Part shown: positions 1 through 10,595 of the stretch, one piece after another
How the letters are laid out: each line of letters begins with the position of its first letter
Numbering within the stretch: the first letter of the stretch is position 1
Assembly: GCA_035285785.1 (NCBI GenBank)
Contig: JAYKJF010000132.1
Span: 12,776 to 76,775, forward strand
Origin: Cyanobacteriota bacterium
GTDB taxonomy: Bacteria; Cyanobacteriota; Cyanobacteriia; PCC-6307; Cyanobiaceae
Reading direction: 5' to 3'
Length of the DNA: 64,000 nucleotides
Translations under genes and position numbers: made by a program
Notes under the pieces: generated by a model
The model's database searches: none
The model's input: only the letters and a program-made list of their open reading frames with translations
Told to the model about the DNA's origin: nothing

Positions 1-1198
1 CCAGGGCGAGACGCTCCGGCACCGCTGTCAGATCCGTGGCCATGAGCCAGGGCCCAAGGCTGAGGCGCAACCCGGCGCTGGCCTCCTCGGGGTTGTAGCC
101 CATGGCCAGCAACACCGGACTGGCGCCGGCTGGGATGGCTGTCTGCCCCGGTTGGGATGGGCTCCGGGCACTGCAGGCTGCGCCGCTGCTGCAGGCCACA
201 CCCCTCCGGTCCAGGGCGCGCACCAGGGCCCGGCCAGGGAGGGGCCGGCCCTGCCCTGAACGCACCAACAGGCTCAGATGGTGAGGCAGACGCCGTTCGG
301 CATCCCCGGTTTGCGGGCCAAGCAGCTCCACTCCCGGCAGGGCCTGAAGGGCGTGCCAAAGGCCATCCCGCAGCGGGGTCAGGGGATCGATACCGCCATG
401 GGCCTGGAGGCGCCTTTGACAGACCCCCAGCGCAGCGGCAAAGCCAGCGGCCAGGGCCACCGGTTCGGTACCACCGCGGCGACCTCTCTCCTGCACGCCA
501 CCTATCAGGGCATCGAGAGCCACACCCTTGCGCACAAGCAACACCCCGATGCCCCGAGGACCCTGCAGCTTGTGGGCGGCACCGCTGAGCAGATCCACCG
601 GCAGGCTCCCCCAATCGATCGGGGCATGCCCCAGCACCTGCACCCCATCCACGTGGAAGCGGATGCCGCGCTGCCTGCAGTGCTGCCCCACGGCGTGGAT
701 CGGTTGCACACTGCCCACCTCACTCTGGCCCCAGATCAACGACACCAGCCGGGTCGGCGGCTCCAGGAGGGCCTCCAGAGGGTCCAGGCACAGCACACCC
801 TCCCGGTTCACGGGCCAGCGCTCCACCTGCCAGCCCCGCCGGCTGAGCACGGCTGCGGCGGCCTCCGTGGCTGGATGTTCCACCGCGCTGATGATCAGCC
901 GGCCCGGTTCGAGGGTGGCGGCAGTGCCCAGAAGGGCCGACTGGATGGCTTCACTGCCCCCGGAGCACCACACCACCTCCTCCGGGTCGGCCCCGAGATG
1001 CAGGGCCAGCTCCAAACGGCTGCGCTCCAGCTGCTCGGCTGCCGCCATCCCGAAGCTGTGCAGACTGGAGGGATTGCCCCAGGCGTTTCGCCAGGCCCGT
1101 TCCATGGCCTCGAGGGCTTCAGGGCCGAGAGGGGAGGTGGCGCAGGCATCGAGATACAGGCAGGTGGCCTGATCTGATTCAGGCACTGCCCCAGCCAT
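1..1198 (-). CDS. Cysteine desulfurase family protein (NifS/IscS-like), 3' end runs off the window
   Basis: Not in the ORF track. Manual translation from ATG 1198 gives MAGAVPESDQATCLYLDACATSPL..WGNPSSLH, and near the window edge ..GLRLSLG, typical class V PLP desulfurase motifs. Overlaps the dapF stop. Confidence 0.9.
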   Translation of the reverse strand, partial: MAGAVPESDQATCLYLDACATSPLGPEALEAMERAWRNAWGNPSSLHSFGMAAAEQLERSRLELALHLGADPEEVVWCSGGSEAIQSALLGTAATLEPGRLIISAVEHPATEAAAAVLSRRGWQVERWPVNREGVLCLDPLEALLEPPTRLVSLIWGQSEVGSVQPIHAVGQHCRQRGIRFHVDGVQVLGHAPIDWGSLPVDLLSGAAHKLQGPRGIGVLLVRKGVALDALIGGVQERGRRGGTEPVALAAGFAAALGVCQRRLQAHGGIDPLTPLRDGLWHALQALPGVELLGPQTGDAERRLPHHLSLLVRSGQGRPLPGRALVRALDRRGVACSSGAACSARSPSQPGQTAIPAGASPVLLAMGYNPEEASAGLRLSLGPWLMATDLTAVPERLAL

Positions 1199-2345
1199 CC
1201 TCCGCCCGGCGGCCGAGCAGGCGGCTTTCCAGGGAATCATTCGCCAACCGCACCAGATCGTCGAGGGAGCTGCCCTCCAACAGGGCGGCCACCTTCGCCC
1301 GTGCTTCTGCGCTGGGACAGGCCTGGGGCCGCTGGCAGCCCTGGGTGCAGACCGTGGCGCAGTCGATGGGGTCGGGGTCCACCTCTCCAGCGGGGGGGGG
1401 GGCAACGGCAGCCGAGGGGGTGGGGAAGGAGGCCCCGCTGCTGGGGCCGGTCTGCTCGCCGCCCAGACCGAGCACGGCGGCCAGCGTTTCGGACAGGGGC
1501 TCCGCCAGCTCGCCATCGAAGACCCGCTCCGCTGGCCCTGTCATGACGACATGGTTGCTGGATTCCTCCCAGGCAATGGCGAGGGGGCCGCCAGGGAGAT
1601 CCAGCCGGGCCTCCCGTTCGCTCAACCCGAGCAGGTGGCAGGCCACCAGGGTGGCGCAGGCTCCGGTGCCGCAGGCCAGGGTGGGGCCGGCACCCCGTTC
1701 CCACACCCGCATCAGCAGATGGTTGGGGCTGAGCACCTGCACCAGATGCACATTGGTGCGTGCAGGAAACACCGGGTGCACCTCCAGGGCTGCGCCGATC
1801 GCCTCCAGATCCATCGCCATCACATCGGGCACGGGAACCACCACGTGGGGGTTCCCCATGCCGGCGGCGGCCACGGACCAGGAGGTGTCCTGCACGCTGA
1901 GCTGCCCCTGGGGCAGGCCCGCCGGGCCCAGGGGGAGAAGGGTGGGAACGCTGTCCGGCTCCAGAAACGGGGGGCCCATGTCCACCCGGACCTGTCCATC
2001 TGCCTGGAGTTCGGGAACGATCGGCCCCGCGGCCGTTTCCACCTCCCAGCGGCGGCCAGCCCCATCGCCATCCCGATCGGCCAGGAAGCGGGCGAGGCAG
2101 CGAATGCCATTGCCGCACATCTCAGCTTCCGAACCATCCGCATTGAAGATGCGCATTCTCAGTTCCGCCCCTGAAGCTGCGGGGAGGGCCAGGATCACCC
2201 CATCGGCCCCCACGCCGAAACGGCGATCGCACAGCTGCTGCACCAGCTCCGGGTGAGACTGCAGACCCTCCCCATCCAGGGGAAAGTCCCGGAGGTCGAG
2301 CAGGAGAAAATCATTCCCCAGACCCTGATACTTGCTGAATTCCAT
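1179..2345 (-). CDS. dapF: Diaminopimelate epimerase with C-terminal Cys-rich extension
   Basis: FSKYQGLGNDF, NADGSEAEMCGNGIRC, GNPH, ERGAGPTLACGTGA motifs. Confidence 0.97.
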   Translation of the reverse strand: MEFSKYQGLGNDFLLLDLRDFPLDGEGLQSHPELVQQLCDRRFGVGADGVILALPAASGAELRMRIFNADGSEAEMCGNGIRCLARFLADRDGDGAGRRWEVETAAGPIVPELQADGQVRVDMGPPFLEPDSVPTLLPLGPAGLPQGQLSVQDTSWSVAAAGMGNPHVVVPVPDVMAMDLEAIGAALEVHPVFPARTNVHLVQVLSPNHLLMRVWERGAGPTLACGTGACATLVACHLLGLSEREARLDLPGGPLAIAWEESSNHVVMTGPAERVFDGELAEPLSETLAAVLGLGGEQTGPSSGASFPTPSAAVAPPPAGEVDPDPIDCATVCTQGCQRPQACPSAEARAKVAALLEGSSLDDLVRLANDSLESRLLGRRAEDGWGSA

Positions 2346-2380
2346 CCCGCTTGCCGCCCGGAGCACTGATCATTGATCCT

Positions 2381-2620
2381 ATGCAGAGCTTCTTTGAAAA
2401 TCGCCCCACCCGGCTCGATACCTCCCTGCCCAGTGTGCGCCACATCCAGGAGCTCATCCGCACCCGCACGGTGGTGAGTCTGAGCCTGGTGGGTGGTCAG
2501 GAGGTGGAAGGGGTGATCAAGTGGCAGGACAACCATTTTCTGGCCCTGCGCCAGACGGCGAATCAGCCGCTGATGATGGTGAATCGGGAGGCGATCACGG
2601 TTCTTCGCGCCCTTCTCTGA
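2381..2620 (+). CDS. hfq: Cyanobacterial Hfq-related RNA-binding (Sm-fold) protein
   Basis: LDTSLPSVRHIQ..EGVIKWQD..MMVNREAI; 79 aa; divergent from dapF as in other cyanobacteria. Confidence 0.85.
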   Translation: MQSFFENRPTRLDTSLPSVRHIQELIRTRTVVSLSLVGGQEVEGVIKWQDNHFLALRQTANQPLMMVNREAITVLRALL

Positions 2621-2719
2621 CCTGCCCACCCGCCAGCGCCCTGAGCGCGTGTGGCACCATCGGGAGGGCCGGCTTACGCGTCAGCCACTCCTGCCCTCCC
2701 AGCCTTTCAGCTCCTTGCC

Positions 2720-5347
2720 GTGACCGATCCCTCCCGCTACAGGCCCCAGGAGATCGAGACCCATTGGCAACAACGCTGGAGGGAGGAGCACCTCGATGAC
2801 ACGGATGGGGGTTCGGGCTCAGGAGAACCCTTCTACGCGCTGTCCATGTTCCCCTATCCCTCGGGAACCCTGCACATGGGCCATGTGCGCAACTATGTGA
2901 TCACGGACGTGGTGGCCCGCCAGCAACGCATGCTCGGCCGGCGGGTTCTTCACCCGATGGGGTGGGATGCCTTCGGTCTGCCTGCGGAGAACGCCGCGAT
3001 TGAACGGGGCGTGGATCCGGCGGAGTGGACCGAGCGCAACATCGCCCAGATGCGCGCCCAACTGGAACGCCTCGGGCTTTCCATCGACTGGTCACGGGAG
3101 GTGGCCACCTGCCAGCCGGACTACTACCGCTGGACCCAGTGGTTGTTTCTCCAGTTCTGGGAAGCGGGGTTGGCCTACCGCAAGGAGGCCACCGTGAACT
3201 GGGACCCCCTGGACCAAACCGTGCTGGCCAATGAGCAGGTGGATGGGGAGGGGCGCTCCTGGCGCTCCGGGGCTCTGGTGGAGAAACGGAAGCTACGGCA
3301 GTGGTTTCTCAACATCACGGCCTATGCCGACGCCTTGCTGGAGGATCTCCAGCAGCTTCAGCACTGGCCGGAGCGGGTGCGCACCATGCAGGCCAACTGG
3401 ATCGGCCGCTCCACCGGGGCCGAACTGGATTTTCCTGTCTTGGGTCTGGATGGAGCGCCCACCGGCGCCACCATCACTGTGTTCACCACCCGCCCGGACA
3501 CGCTCTACGGGGTGACCTATCTGGTGCTGGCGCCGGACCATCCCCTGGTGCCCTCCCTGACGACGGCCGAGCATCAGTTGTCCGTGGAGGCCTTCTGCGA
3601 TCTGGTGGCGGCCGAGAGTGAGCAGGAGCGCACGGACGACGCCCGTCCCAAGCGCGGCGTTCCCATCGGAGCCCATGTGCGCCATCCGGCCACCGGGGAG
3701 TCGATCCCCCTCTGGATCGCGGATTACGTGCTGGCCGATTACGGCTCAGGGGCGGTGATGGGGGTGCCAGCCCACGATCAGCGGGATTTTCTCTTTGCCC
3801 GCCAGCATGAACTTCCCATCCGCCAGGTGATCATTCCCGAGGGTGCCGATCCGAGCGCCTTCGCCGGTGGTGCCTGGACCGAAGCGGGTGTGTTGATCCA
3901 TTCCGGTCCCTACGAGGGACTCCACTCGGAGCAGGCGAAGGAACGGATCGTGGCGGCGGCGGAAGCGCAGGGCTGGGGGCGCTCCAGGGTGCAATACCGC
4001 CTGCGGGATTGGTTGATCTCCCGCCAGCGCTACTGGGGCTGCCCCATCCCCATGGTGCATTGCCCCGATTGCGGGGATGTGCCCGTGCCGCCTGAGCATT
4101 TGCCTGTGGTTCTGCCCACGGGGATCGCCCTGGAGGGACGGGGCGGATCTCCCCTGGGAAAACTGGAAGAGTGGTTGCAGGTGCCCTGCCCGCGCTGCGG
4201 CAAGCCAGCGCGGCGTGAAACAGACACCATGGATACGTTCATGTGTTCCAGCTGGTATTACCTGCGCTATGCGGATCCCTCCAATCAGCAGGTGCCGTTC
4301 AGCAAGGAGGCTGTGAACAGGTGGCTTCCCGTGGATCAGTATGTGGGTGGAATTGAACACGCCATTCTCCACCTTCTCTATTCGCGCTTCTTCACCAAGG
4401 TGCTGCGCGATCGGGGCTTGCTTGATTTTGATGAACCCTTCACTCGCCTCTTGACCCAGGGGATGGTGCAGGGGCTCACCTACCGCAATCCGCATAACGG
4501 CAAATACATTGCCCCGGAGGACGTGGCTGATGTCAATGATCCTCGGGATCCGAACAGTGGAGAGCCGTTGACTGTGAGCTTCGACAAAATGTCCAAGTCG
4601 AAATACAACGGCGTCGATCCATCCTCCGTGATTGATCGCTATGGGGCCGACACGGCGCGCATGTTCATCCTCTTCAAAGCCCCCCCGGAAAAGGATCTGG
4701 AATGGGACGACGCCGATGTGGAAGGGCAGTTTCGCTTTCTGCAGCGCCTGTGGCGTCTGGTGGAAACGGCCCGGGAGGCTGGGCTCACCCTCGCCGCCGG
4801 TCCCGGGCAGAACCGGGCTGAGGAGGGGGCCCTGTTTGCCGATCTTCAGCCGCCGGAGCGAAACCTGCGCCGGGCCGTCCACACGGCCATTCAGGAGGTG
4901 AGCGATGATCTGAGCGGGGAGCTGCAGCTCAATACGGCCGTGTCCGAATTGATGAAGCTTTCCAATGCCATGGCCTCACTCCTCACCGATGTGCGGCCCG
5001 CCGTGGCCCAGGAGGCCCTGCGGACGCTGGTGCTGCTCCTGGCCCCTCTGGCCCCCCATCTGGCGGAGGAGCTCTGGCATCGGCTTGTGGATCCCGACCC
5101 TTGCGACAGTGTTCATCGCCAGAGCTGGCCGTTGTTGGATCCGGCAGCCCTCACCCGGGACACGGTTCCCCTTGTGATCCAGGTGAAGGGCAAGGTGCGG
5201 GGAAGCCTGGAGGTGCCCGCGGATGCGGATGCGGCCACCCTGGAGCGCCTGGCGCTGGAGAGCGATGTGGCCGCCAAGTGGCTGGAGGGTCTCCCCCCCC
5301 GCCGGGTGATTGTGGTGCCCGGCAAATTGGTCAACCTGGTGCCCTGA
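2720..5347 (+). CDS. leuS: Leucine--tRNA ligase
   Basis: [13 protein letters not shown] (HIGH-like), [15 protein letters not shown] editing domain; GTG start inferred. Confidence 0.98.
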   Translation: MTDPSRYRPQEIETHWQQRWREEHLDDTDGGSGSGEPFYALSMFPYPSGTLHMGHVRNYVITDVVARQQRMLGRRVLHPMGWDAFGLPAENAAIERGVDPAEWTERNIAQMRAQLERLGLSIDWSREVATCQPDYYRWTQWLFLQFWEAGLAYRKEATVNWDPLDQTVLANEQVDGEGRSWRSGALVEKRKLRQWFLNITAYADALLEDLQQLQHWPERVRTMQANWIGRSTGAELDFPVLGLDGAPTGATITVFTTRPDTLYGVTYLVLAPDHPLVPSLTTAEHQLSVEAFCDLVAAESEQERTDDARPKRGVPIGAHVRHPATGESIPLWIADYVLADYGSGAVMGVPAHDQRDFLFARQHELPIRQVIIPEGADPSAFAGGAWTEAGVLIHSGPYEGLHSEQAKERIVAAAEAQGWGRSRVQYRLRDWLISRQRYWGCPIPMVHCPDCGDVPVPPEHLPVVLPTGIALEGRGGSPLGKLEEWLQVPCPRCGKPARRETDTMDTFMCSSWYYLRYADPSNQQVPFSKEAVNRWLPVDQYVGGIEHAILHLLYSRFFTKVLRDRGLLDFDEPFTRLLTQGMVQGLTYRNPHNGKYIAPEDVADVNDPRDPNSGEPLTVSFDKMSKSKYNGVDPSSVIDRYGADTARMFILFKAPPEKDLEWDDADVEGQFRFLQRLWRLVETAREAGLTLAAGPGQNRAEEGALFADLQPPERNLRRAVHTAIQEVSDDLSGELQLNTAVSELMKLSNAMASLLTDVRPAVAQEALRTLVLLLAPLAPHLAEELWHRLVDPDPCDSVHRQSWPLLDPAALTRDTVPLVIQVKGKVRGSLEVPADADAATLERLALESDVAAKWLEGLPPRRVIVVPGKLVNLVP

Positions 5348-5351
5348 GGCC

Positions 5352-6953
5352 TCAGGTTTTCCGGAAGCGGAGGCTTTGGGGATCCCCCCAGTGGCCGCTG
5401 GCCTGGTAGCCACGGCCATTGAAACAAAGATGGCGCAGGATCCAGAACAGGGGTTCGGGGCTCTCCAATTGCAGGGCCTGCTGGAGATCCTGCAGACCAA
5501 GGCTCTGGCCGCCCTGCAGGGTTTGTTCCAGCCTCTCCTGCAAGGAGAGAATCTCCGCGGCTGCCTTTTTGCCGGCCTCCACCCCGGGCTGGTGGTAGGC
5601 ATTGACGTTGATCAGTTCCCCATACAACCCCACCGCTCGCTCAAACAGGGCGATCAGGGCCCCAAGGGAGCGCTCATCAAAGCGCTCCAGAGTGATGGTG
5701 AGAGATTGGCGGCCGCCCTCGCAGAGGGCCGCACGGGTTCCCTGCAGGAAGCCGGCCAGGAAATCGGCGGGATGCTCCCCGCCAATCGCCGGGATATCCG
5801 TGGGTTCGTCGAGTGCCTCGATGAACACCACGAAAAAATTATCCAGTCCATCGCGGAGCTGCTGCACATAGGCGTGCTGATCGGTGGAGCCCTTGTTGCC
5901 GTACACCGCCAGCCCCTGATGGACCTCCCTCCCCTCCCGATCAAACTTCTTGCCCAACGATTCCATCACCAGCTGCTGGAGATAGCGGCTGAACACCTCC
6001 AGACGATCGCGGTAGGGAAGCAGCACCATGTCGCGTCGACCTTGGCCCCCTCCTGCCACAAACCAGGAGGCCGCCAGAAGGGCCGCTGGATTCTTCTGCA
6101 GGGAATGCTGCCGGGTGAGGCGATCCATGGCCGCTGCCCCCTCCAGGAAGGCCCTTAGATCCGCTCCGATGAGCGCGGCAGGCAGGAGCCCCACCGCACT
6201 GGTGATGCTGGTCCGTCCGCCCACCCAATCCGGCATGTCGAAACGGGCCAACCAGCCTTCGCCGCTGGCGATCTGGTCGAGATGGCTCCCCTGCATTGTG
6301 ATCGCCACCGCCTGCTCCGCCCATCGGCCCCCGGCCGATTCCAGCCGCGCCCGGGCCTGTTGCATGCCCAGCCGGGGCTCAGGCGTTCCGCCGGATTTGC
6401 TCACGACGATCACCAGCGTGGTGCGCAACCGATCACCCAGGGAGGCCAGGGTGGCACTCATCCCCTGGGGATCCACATTGTCGAAGAAGTGGAAGGGAAG
6501 GCCACGGCCCTCCCGTTGCAGCGCCTCCACGATCAGCAGGGGGCCCAGGCCGGAACCACCAATGCCGATCCACAGCACGTCGGTGAAAGGGGTGCCGGTT
6601 GGGGCGGTGCGCTGGCCCTCCCTCACCTCTCTGGCAAAAGTGTCCAGTCCATCCACCTCCCGGCGAATGAGCTGCTGCACCTCGGGGCTGGGGGCGCGTT
6701 CGGGATCGCGCAGCCAGTAATGCCCCACCTGCCGCTCCTCATCCCGATTGGCCACGGCCCCGGCCTCCAGGGCATCCATGGCCTGAAAAGCAGAGCTGAA
6801 CCGGGGCTCCAAAGCCTGGAGATCGTCGCCGTTGAGGGCCATTCGGCTTGGATCAAGCCAGATGCCGAGGGCGCTGTCGAACCAGAGCAGGGCCTGGAAG
6901 CGCTGCCAGAGGGGATCCGGTTCTGAAGCCCTGAGCGGCGGAAACGTGGACAT
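5352..6953 (-). CDS. pgi: Glucose-6-phosphate isomerase
   Basis: IGIGGSGLG, SKSGGTPE, DWVGGRTS, QQLVMESLGK, HQPGVEAGK. Confidence 0.97.
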   Translation of the reverse strand: MSTFPPLRASEPDPLWQRFQALLWFDSALGIWLDPSRMALNGDDLQALEPRFSSAFQAMDALEAGAVANRDEERQVGHYWLRDPERAPSPEVQQLIRREVDGLDTFAREVREGQRTAPTGTPFTDVLWIGIGGSGLGPLLIVEALQREGRGLPFHFFDNVDPQGMSATLASLGDRLRTTLVIVVSKSGGTPEPRLGMQQARARLESAGGRWAEQAVAITMQGSHLDQIASGEGWLARFDMPDWVGGRTSITSAVGLLPAALIGADLRAFLEGAAAMDRLTRQHSLQKNPAALLAASWFVAGGGQGRRDMVLLPYRDRLEVFSRYLQQLVMESLGKKFDREGREVHQGLAVYGNKGSTDQHAYVQQLRDGLDNFFVVFIEALDEPTDIPAIGGEHPADFLAGFLQGTRAALCEGGRQSLTITLERFDERSLGALIALFERAVGLYGELINVNAYHQPGVEAGKKAAAEILSLQERLEQTLQGGQSLGLQDLQQALQLESPEPLFWILRHLCFNGRGYQASGHWGDPQSLRFRKT

Positions 6954-7106
6954 GGCCGCAGGGGTACCGCGCATGCCCATGCACCGTACTGAACCGCCTG
7001 TTTCGACCGCTGGAGGGTGGGCCAGCGAGAGGACCGAACGGCTTGACCCTGGACAGTCCAAAAAGAAACCAAATAATGGACGGAGACAAACCCATGGGGA
7101 TCCTTT

Positions 7107-7964
7107 TTGGGATCTTCACGCCGCCTCCTTCCGTTGCCGATTTCCAACCCTTTTCGCTGCCTTCCAGGGTTTTCCCTCACCGCCTCTCTGGTGGTGGGAT
7201 CGATCGGCCTCGGTTTTGCGATCCACAGCGGTGTCCCCAGCGTTCCTCCAAAGGCCAAAGCCCTTCCCTCTTCAGCGGAACTCAAGAGCGTCCATCAGTC
7301 ACCGCTCGAGGGTCAGCGCCCCGATCCCGCCGATTTCACTCCCGACGAGCTTCGGGAGCTCAACCGTCGTTTCGGGGTCCACGGTCCCCAGCCCGCCATT
7401 GCCCAGCTGTTTACGGAAGGGTTGGACCAGCTCCAGCCTCTGCGGAACCACACGCTGTCGAGGCTGGAGGAGCTCCGCCCCCTCATCCTTCGCCACAGTG
7501 CCCGCCAGCGGATCAATCCCATGCTGGTGGCCGCTGTTCTCTTTGATGAAATGCACCACGCCAAACCTGGTGAAGACAGTGCCCTTGCCGTTCGCAGCGG
7601 GTTGTTCCAGACCCAGGGGCCTGCCCAGCTGAGTGTCGGTGAAATGGTGAAACAGGGCCTGCTGCCGGAGAACGCCACCCCTGAACAGATTCAGGAGGCC
7701 CGTTTCCAGTTGCTCGATCCCGACCACAACGTGGAACTGCTTGTCGGCAAGTTCGCCAGGTTGTCCACCAGCCTGAACCTGCCGCGGGAGCGGATGCTCA
7801 CGGCCAGCGGGAATCCGAAAGATGCCAAGGGATTGGCCACCCTGGCCTATCTTCACAATGGAAAGCTGGACTACCCCACCCGAATCCTTCGCTACATGCA
7901 GGATCCGGCGCTGCATGAAATCCTCTACAGCGAAAAACGGCCCCGTCTCAGTCCGTTGATCTAG
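7107..7964 (+). CDS. Membrane-anchored hypothetical protein, possible lysozyme/SLT-like fold
   Basis: N-terminal hydrophobic segment; INPMLVAAVLFDE, GPAQL, DPDHNV, AYLHNG resemble SLT motifs; start uncertain. Confidence 0.65.
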   Translation: MGSSRRLLPLPISNPFRCLPGFSLTASLVVGSIGLGFAIHSGVPSVPPKAKALPSSAELKSVHQSPLEGQRPDPADFTPDELRELNRRFGVHGPQPAIAQLFTEGLDQLQPLRNHTLSRLEELRPLILRHSARQRINPMLVAAVLFDEMHHAKPGEDSALAVRSGLFQTQGPAQLSVGEMVKQGLLPENATPEQIQEARFQLLDPDHNVELLVGKFARLSTSLNLPRERMLTASGNPKDAKGLATLAYLHNGKLDYPTRILRYMQDPALHEILYSEKRPRLSPLI

Positions 7965-8006
7965 CCGGTCAACGCACCCCCCCCCAGAGCCGCTGCGTTC
8001 AGCTGA

Positions 8007-8897
8007 TCAACAGATCATCCCGAGGGCTACGAGCCGCTTGCTCAGCTCCGGCCAGTTGAAGCTCCTTGGATCCGCTCGCTCTCCGGCCAGATCCACATGC
8101 CGATGGGTGGTGATGGCCTGGGCGGGAATGGGATAGCGCCGCATCCAATCCGCGAGCACCAGAGCCATCGCATCGTATTGGGCTGCTGTGTAACCGCTGT
8201 GGCCACTCTCCTGGTCTTCCCCGTCCAGGGGGGTTTCCAGGCTGAGGTGAAGGGCAAAGTTGTTGACCGACCCGCCCACCTTGGGGTTGGTGACGGCCCA
8301 TTGGCGGCCAAAGGCTGAATTGCCTGCGCCAAACGCCCGCTTGGAGGGGTCCAGGACCTGAACCACATCTCCCTTCGCACCGATCAGCATGTGATAACTG
8401 ACCTGATCCTCATCTCTGGGATGGGGGGTGAGAAAGGTGTTGATGGCGGAGTGCAGGCCGTAGACGGTTTCGTGCAGCACCACCAGCCTGGGCGTGGGGT
8501 CGAGAGGATTCCCCAGGGCATCGCGCGTCATCCGTTCCCCATAGTTCGTGGGATGGATGTTCAGCCGAACCATGCGGGTGGGCAGGGCCTGCAGATCGGC
8601 CTGCAACCGTCTGCGCAGGGCGACATCCGGCGGTTGGCAGGCCTTCTCCAGGGGGGAGGCCCATGCGGACCTTGCAGGGGCCTGGGGGGAAGGGCGGCGG
8701 GGGGGCTCGGAAGGCTTGCTTTGCCTCACCTCCTCCAGCAAATCAAGCAGGGAGGCTGGACTCTGGCTCTGGGGACTGCCGCCCGCACCGCGGATCAACC
8801 AGAGCAGCATGCCGGAGGCCACCAAGCCGGCTCCTGCCATCCCCATCAGAACCCCTCTGACCTGGGTGGGCAACGTCAAGGCACGAGCTCCAGCCAT
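8007..8897 (-). CDS. N-acetylmuramoyl-L-alanine amidase (Amidase_2)
   Basis: VVLHET, VSYH, RAFGAG, ITTHR..DP; N-terminal TM segment. Confidence 0.88.
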   Translation of the reverse strand: MAGARALTLPTQVRGVLMGMAGAGLVASGMLLWLIRGAGGSPQSQSPASLLDLLEEVRQSKPSEPPRRPSPQAPARSAWASPLEKACQPPDVALRRRLQADLQALPTRMVRLNIHPTNYGERMTRDALGNPLDPTPRLVVLHETVYGLHSAINTFLTPHPRDEDQVSYHMLIGAKGDVVQVLDPSKRAFGAGNSAFGRQWAVTNPKVGGSVNNFALHLSLETPLDGEDQESGHSGYTAAQYDAMALVLADWMRRYPIPAQAITTHRHVDLAGERADPRSFNWPELSKRLVALGMIC

Positions 8898-10588
8898 TGG
8901 CGCCGGCGTTCGAGAACCTCCGTGGTGGGCTCGGGATCCGGGCGGAGGGTCCAGCGGGTGATGGCCGGGGGGCCCGCAATGAGCTTGGTGTCGCGAACGC
9001 GGCCATCCCGGCAAAACAGAATGGTTCGTGGAGCACCGGCGCCTGGGGAAGCTGGAAGGATGGTCTCGAGATCCTTCACCTGCAACACCCGCTGGTGATC
9101 CACAGCCAGCAGCTCATCGCCCACCTCCAGCCCTGCCGCTTCCGCGGCGCCATGCCGCACCACTGATTTCAACAGAAGACGCCCTTCGGGGCGATGTTCC
9201 ACCTGCCACCCTGCATCGGGTTGGGTAGCGGATTCAGGGCAGAGCTTCAGGCCCACATCCTGCAGATAGGACGCAACATCTGGATCTTCGTTACTGCAGA
9301 GCCAATGCGGCAAGAGAGTGGACAGATCCTGGGCGTGGTCGCCAAAGATGGTCAGCAGGTCGTCTTCCCGGTAGCCGGCTTCCCAGCGTCCAAAACGTGT
9401 CCAGAGGTCCCGCAGCACCTGGCTGAGGGAGGAGCCATGGCGGCGCAGGTGGAGATCCAGAACCAGGGCCAGCACCGCCCCCTTGAGGTAGTAGCTCACC
9501 TGGTTGTTGCTGGAGTAAGCGTCCTGCCGGTAGAGCTTCACCCAGGCTTCCAGGCTGCTGTCCCGCAGGGATTGCACGGTGCGGCCCACACAAAGGAAAT
9601 ACCGATTCAGATCGTCCCCCAGGTCCTGGAGGGTGTCTTCCTCCGTGGAGAGGCCACAGCTTCCTGGAAGGAGCACGTCGAAATAACTGGTGACCCCCTC
9701 CGCAAACCACAGGGTGGGCACGGGGATGGCCTGGCCGTAATCCACGGGGGAGAGTTCGGCGGGCTTGAGGCGGCGCACATTCCACTGATGGAGGTATTCA
9801 TGCGCCACAAGCTGGAGCAGTTTGCGCCGGCCCTGGGCCGTGGCAAGGCGCCGGCGGCTGAACTGCAGCACCGAGCCGTGGTTGTGTTCCAGGCCCCCAT
9901 ACCCCTCCTCAAGAAGGTGAAGCACGAACAGGTAGGGGTTCCCTGGTGGCCGCTCCTCACCCATCAGGCGGCAGCAGGCCAGACAGACCCGCTCCACATC
10001 CCTGAGCCAGGAGGCATCGTCCATTGGATCCCCTCCCCAACTCACCCATCGATGGGGAACGGTCGCCACCGCAAAGGAATGCTCCAGATGGGGCCCCACT
10101 TCGATGGGACTGTCGATCAGGGCATCAAAGTTGGGCGCCCGCCAGAGCCGGTTCGCCACCTCGGGAAGGCTGAGAAAGGCTTCCCATCCCTCCGGCAGCA
10201 CCAATTCCAGGTGATGGGGAACCCAGCGGGCCCCCTCGATCTCCAGGGCCACTCCTGCCAGGGCCAGAAAGCCATGATCACTGTTCAGATGGCAGGTGCG
10301 GACGGAGAGCTCCGTGGCCTGAATGGTGTAGCGCACCTGGATCGGCTCCAGCTCCTCCAGCTCCAGGAGCCAGCAGGAGGGCGTGAGTCGGCGGGCGGAG
10401 AGGGTCTGGGGGCCCTGCCAGACCTGGAGGCTCTCGACGGTACGGACGTAATCCCGGATCAGGTAGGACCCGGGCGTCCAGGAGGGGAGGCGCAGTTCCA
10501 GGCGCCTCTGGGTGGGGACAAAGCTGAGTTGAACGTGAACAAGATGGCGCTGGGGAGACCGCAGATCCAGGCGCAGATGGGGGGTCAA
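8876..10588 (-). CDS. M61 family metallopeptidase with PDZ domain
   Basis: PSWTPGSY, GGLEH, AHEYLHQWN (HExxH), LWFAEGVTSY, C-terminal AAGLEVGDELLAVD. Confidence 0.93.
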   Translation of the reverse strand: MTPHLRLDLRSPQRHLVHVQLSFVPTQRRLELRLPSWTPGSYLIRDYVRTVESLQVWQGPQTLSARRLTPSCWLLELEELEPIQVRYTIQATELSVRTCHLNSDHGFLALAGVALEIEGARWVPHHLELVLPEGWEAFLSLPEVANRLWRAPNFDALIDSPIEVGPHLEHSFAVATVPHRWVSWGGDPMDDASWLRDVERVCLACCRLMGEERPPGNPYLFVLHLLEEGYGGLEHNHGSVLQFSRRRLATAQGRRKLLQLVAHEYLHQWNVRRLKPAELSPVDYGQAIPVPTLWFAEGVTSYFDVLLPGSCGLSTEEDTLQDLGDDLNRYFLCVGRTVQSLRDSSLEAWVKLYRQDAYSSNNQVSYYLKGAVLALVLDLHLRRHGSSLSQVLRDLWTRFGRWEAGYREDDLLTIFGDHAQDLSTLLPHWLCSNEDPDVASYLQDVGLKLCPESATQPDAGWQVEHRPEGRLLLKSVVRHGAAEAAGLEVGDELLAVDHQRVLQVKDLETILPASPGAGAPRTILFCRDGRVRDTKLIAGPPAITRWTLRPDPEPTTEVLERRRQWLELVP

Positions 10589-10595
10589 CCGCGGT

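Noticed and set aside
278-1177. 299-aa plus-strand ORF
   Set aside because: Antisense shadow of the cysteine desulfurase; no motifs
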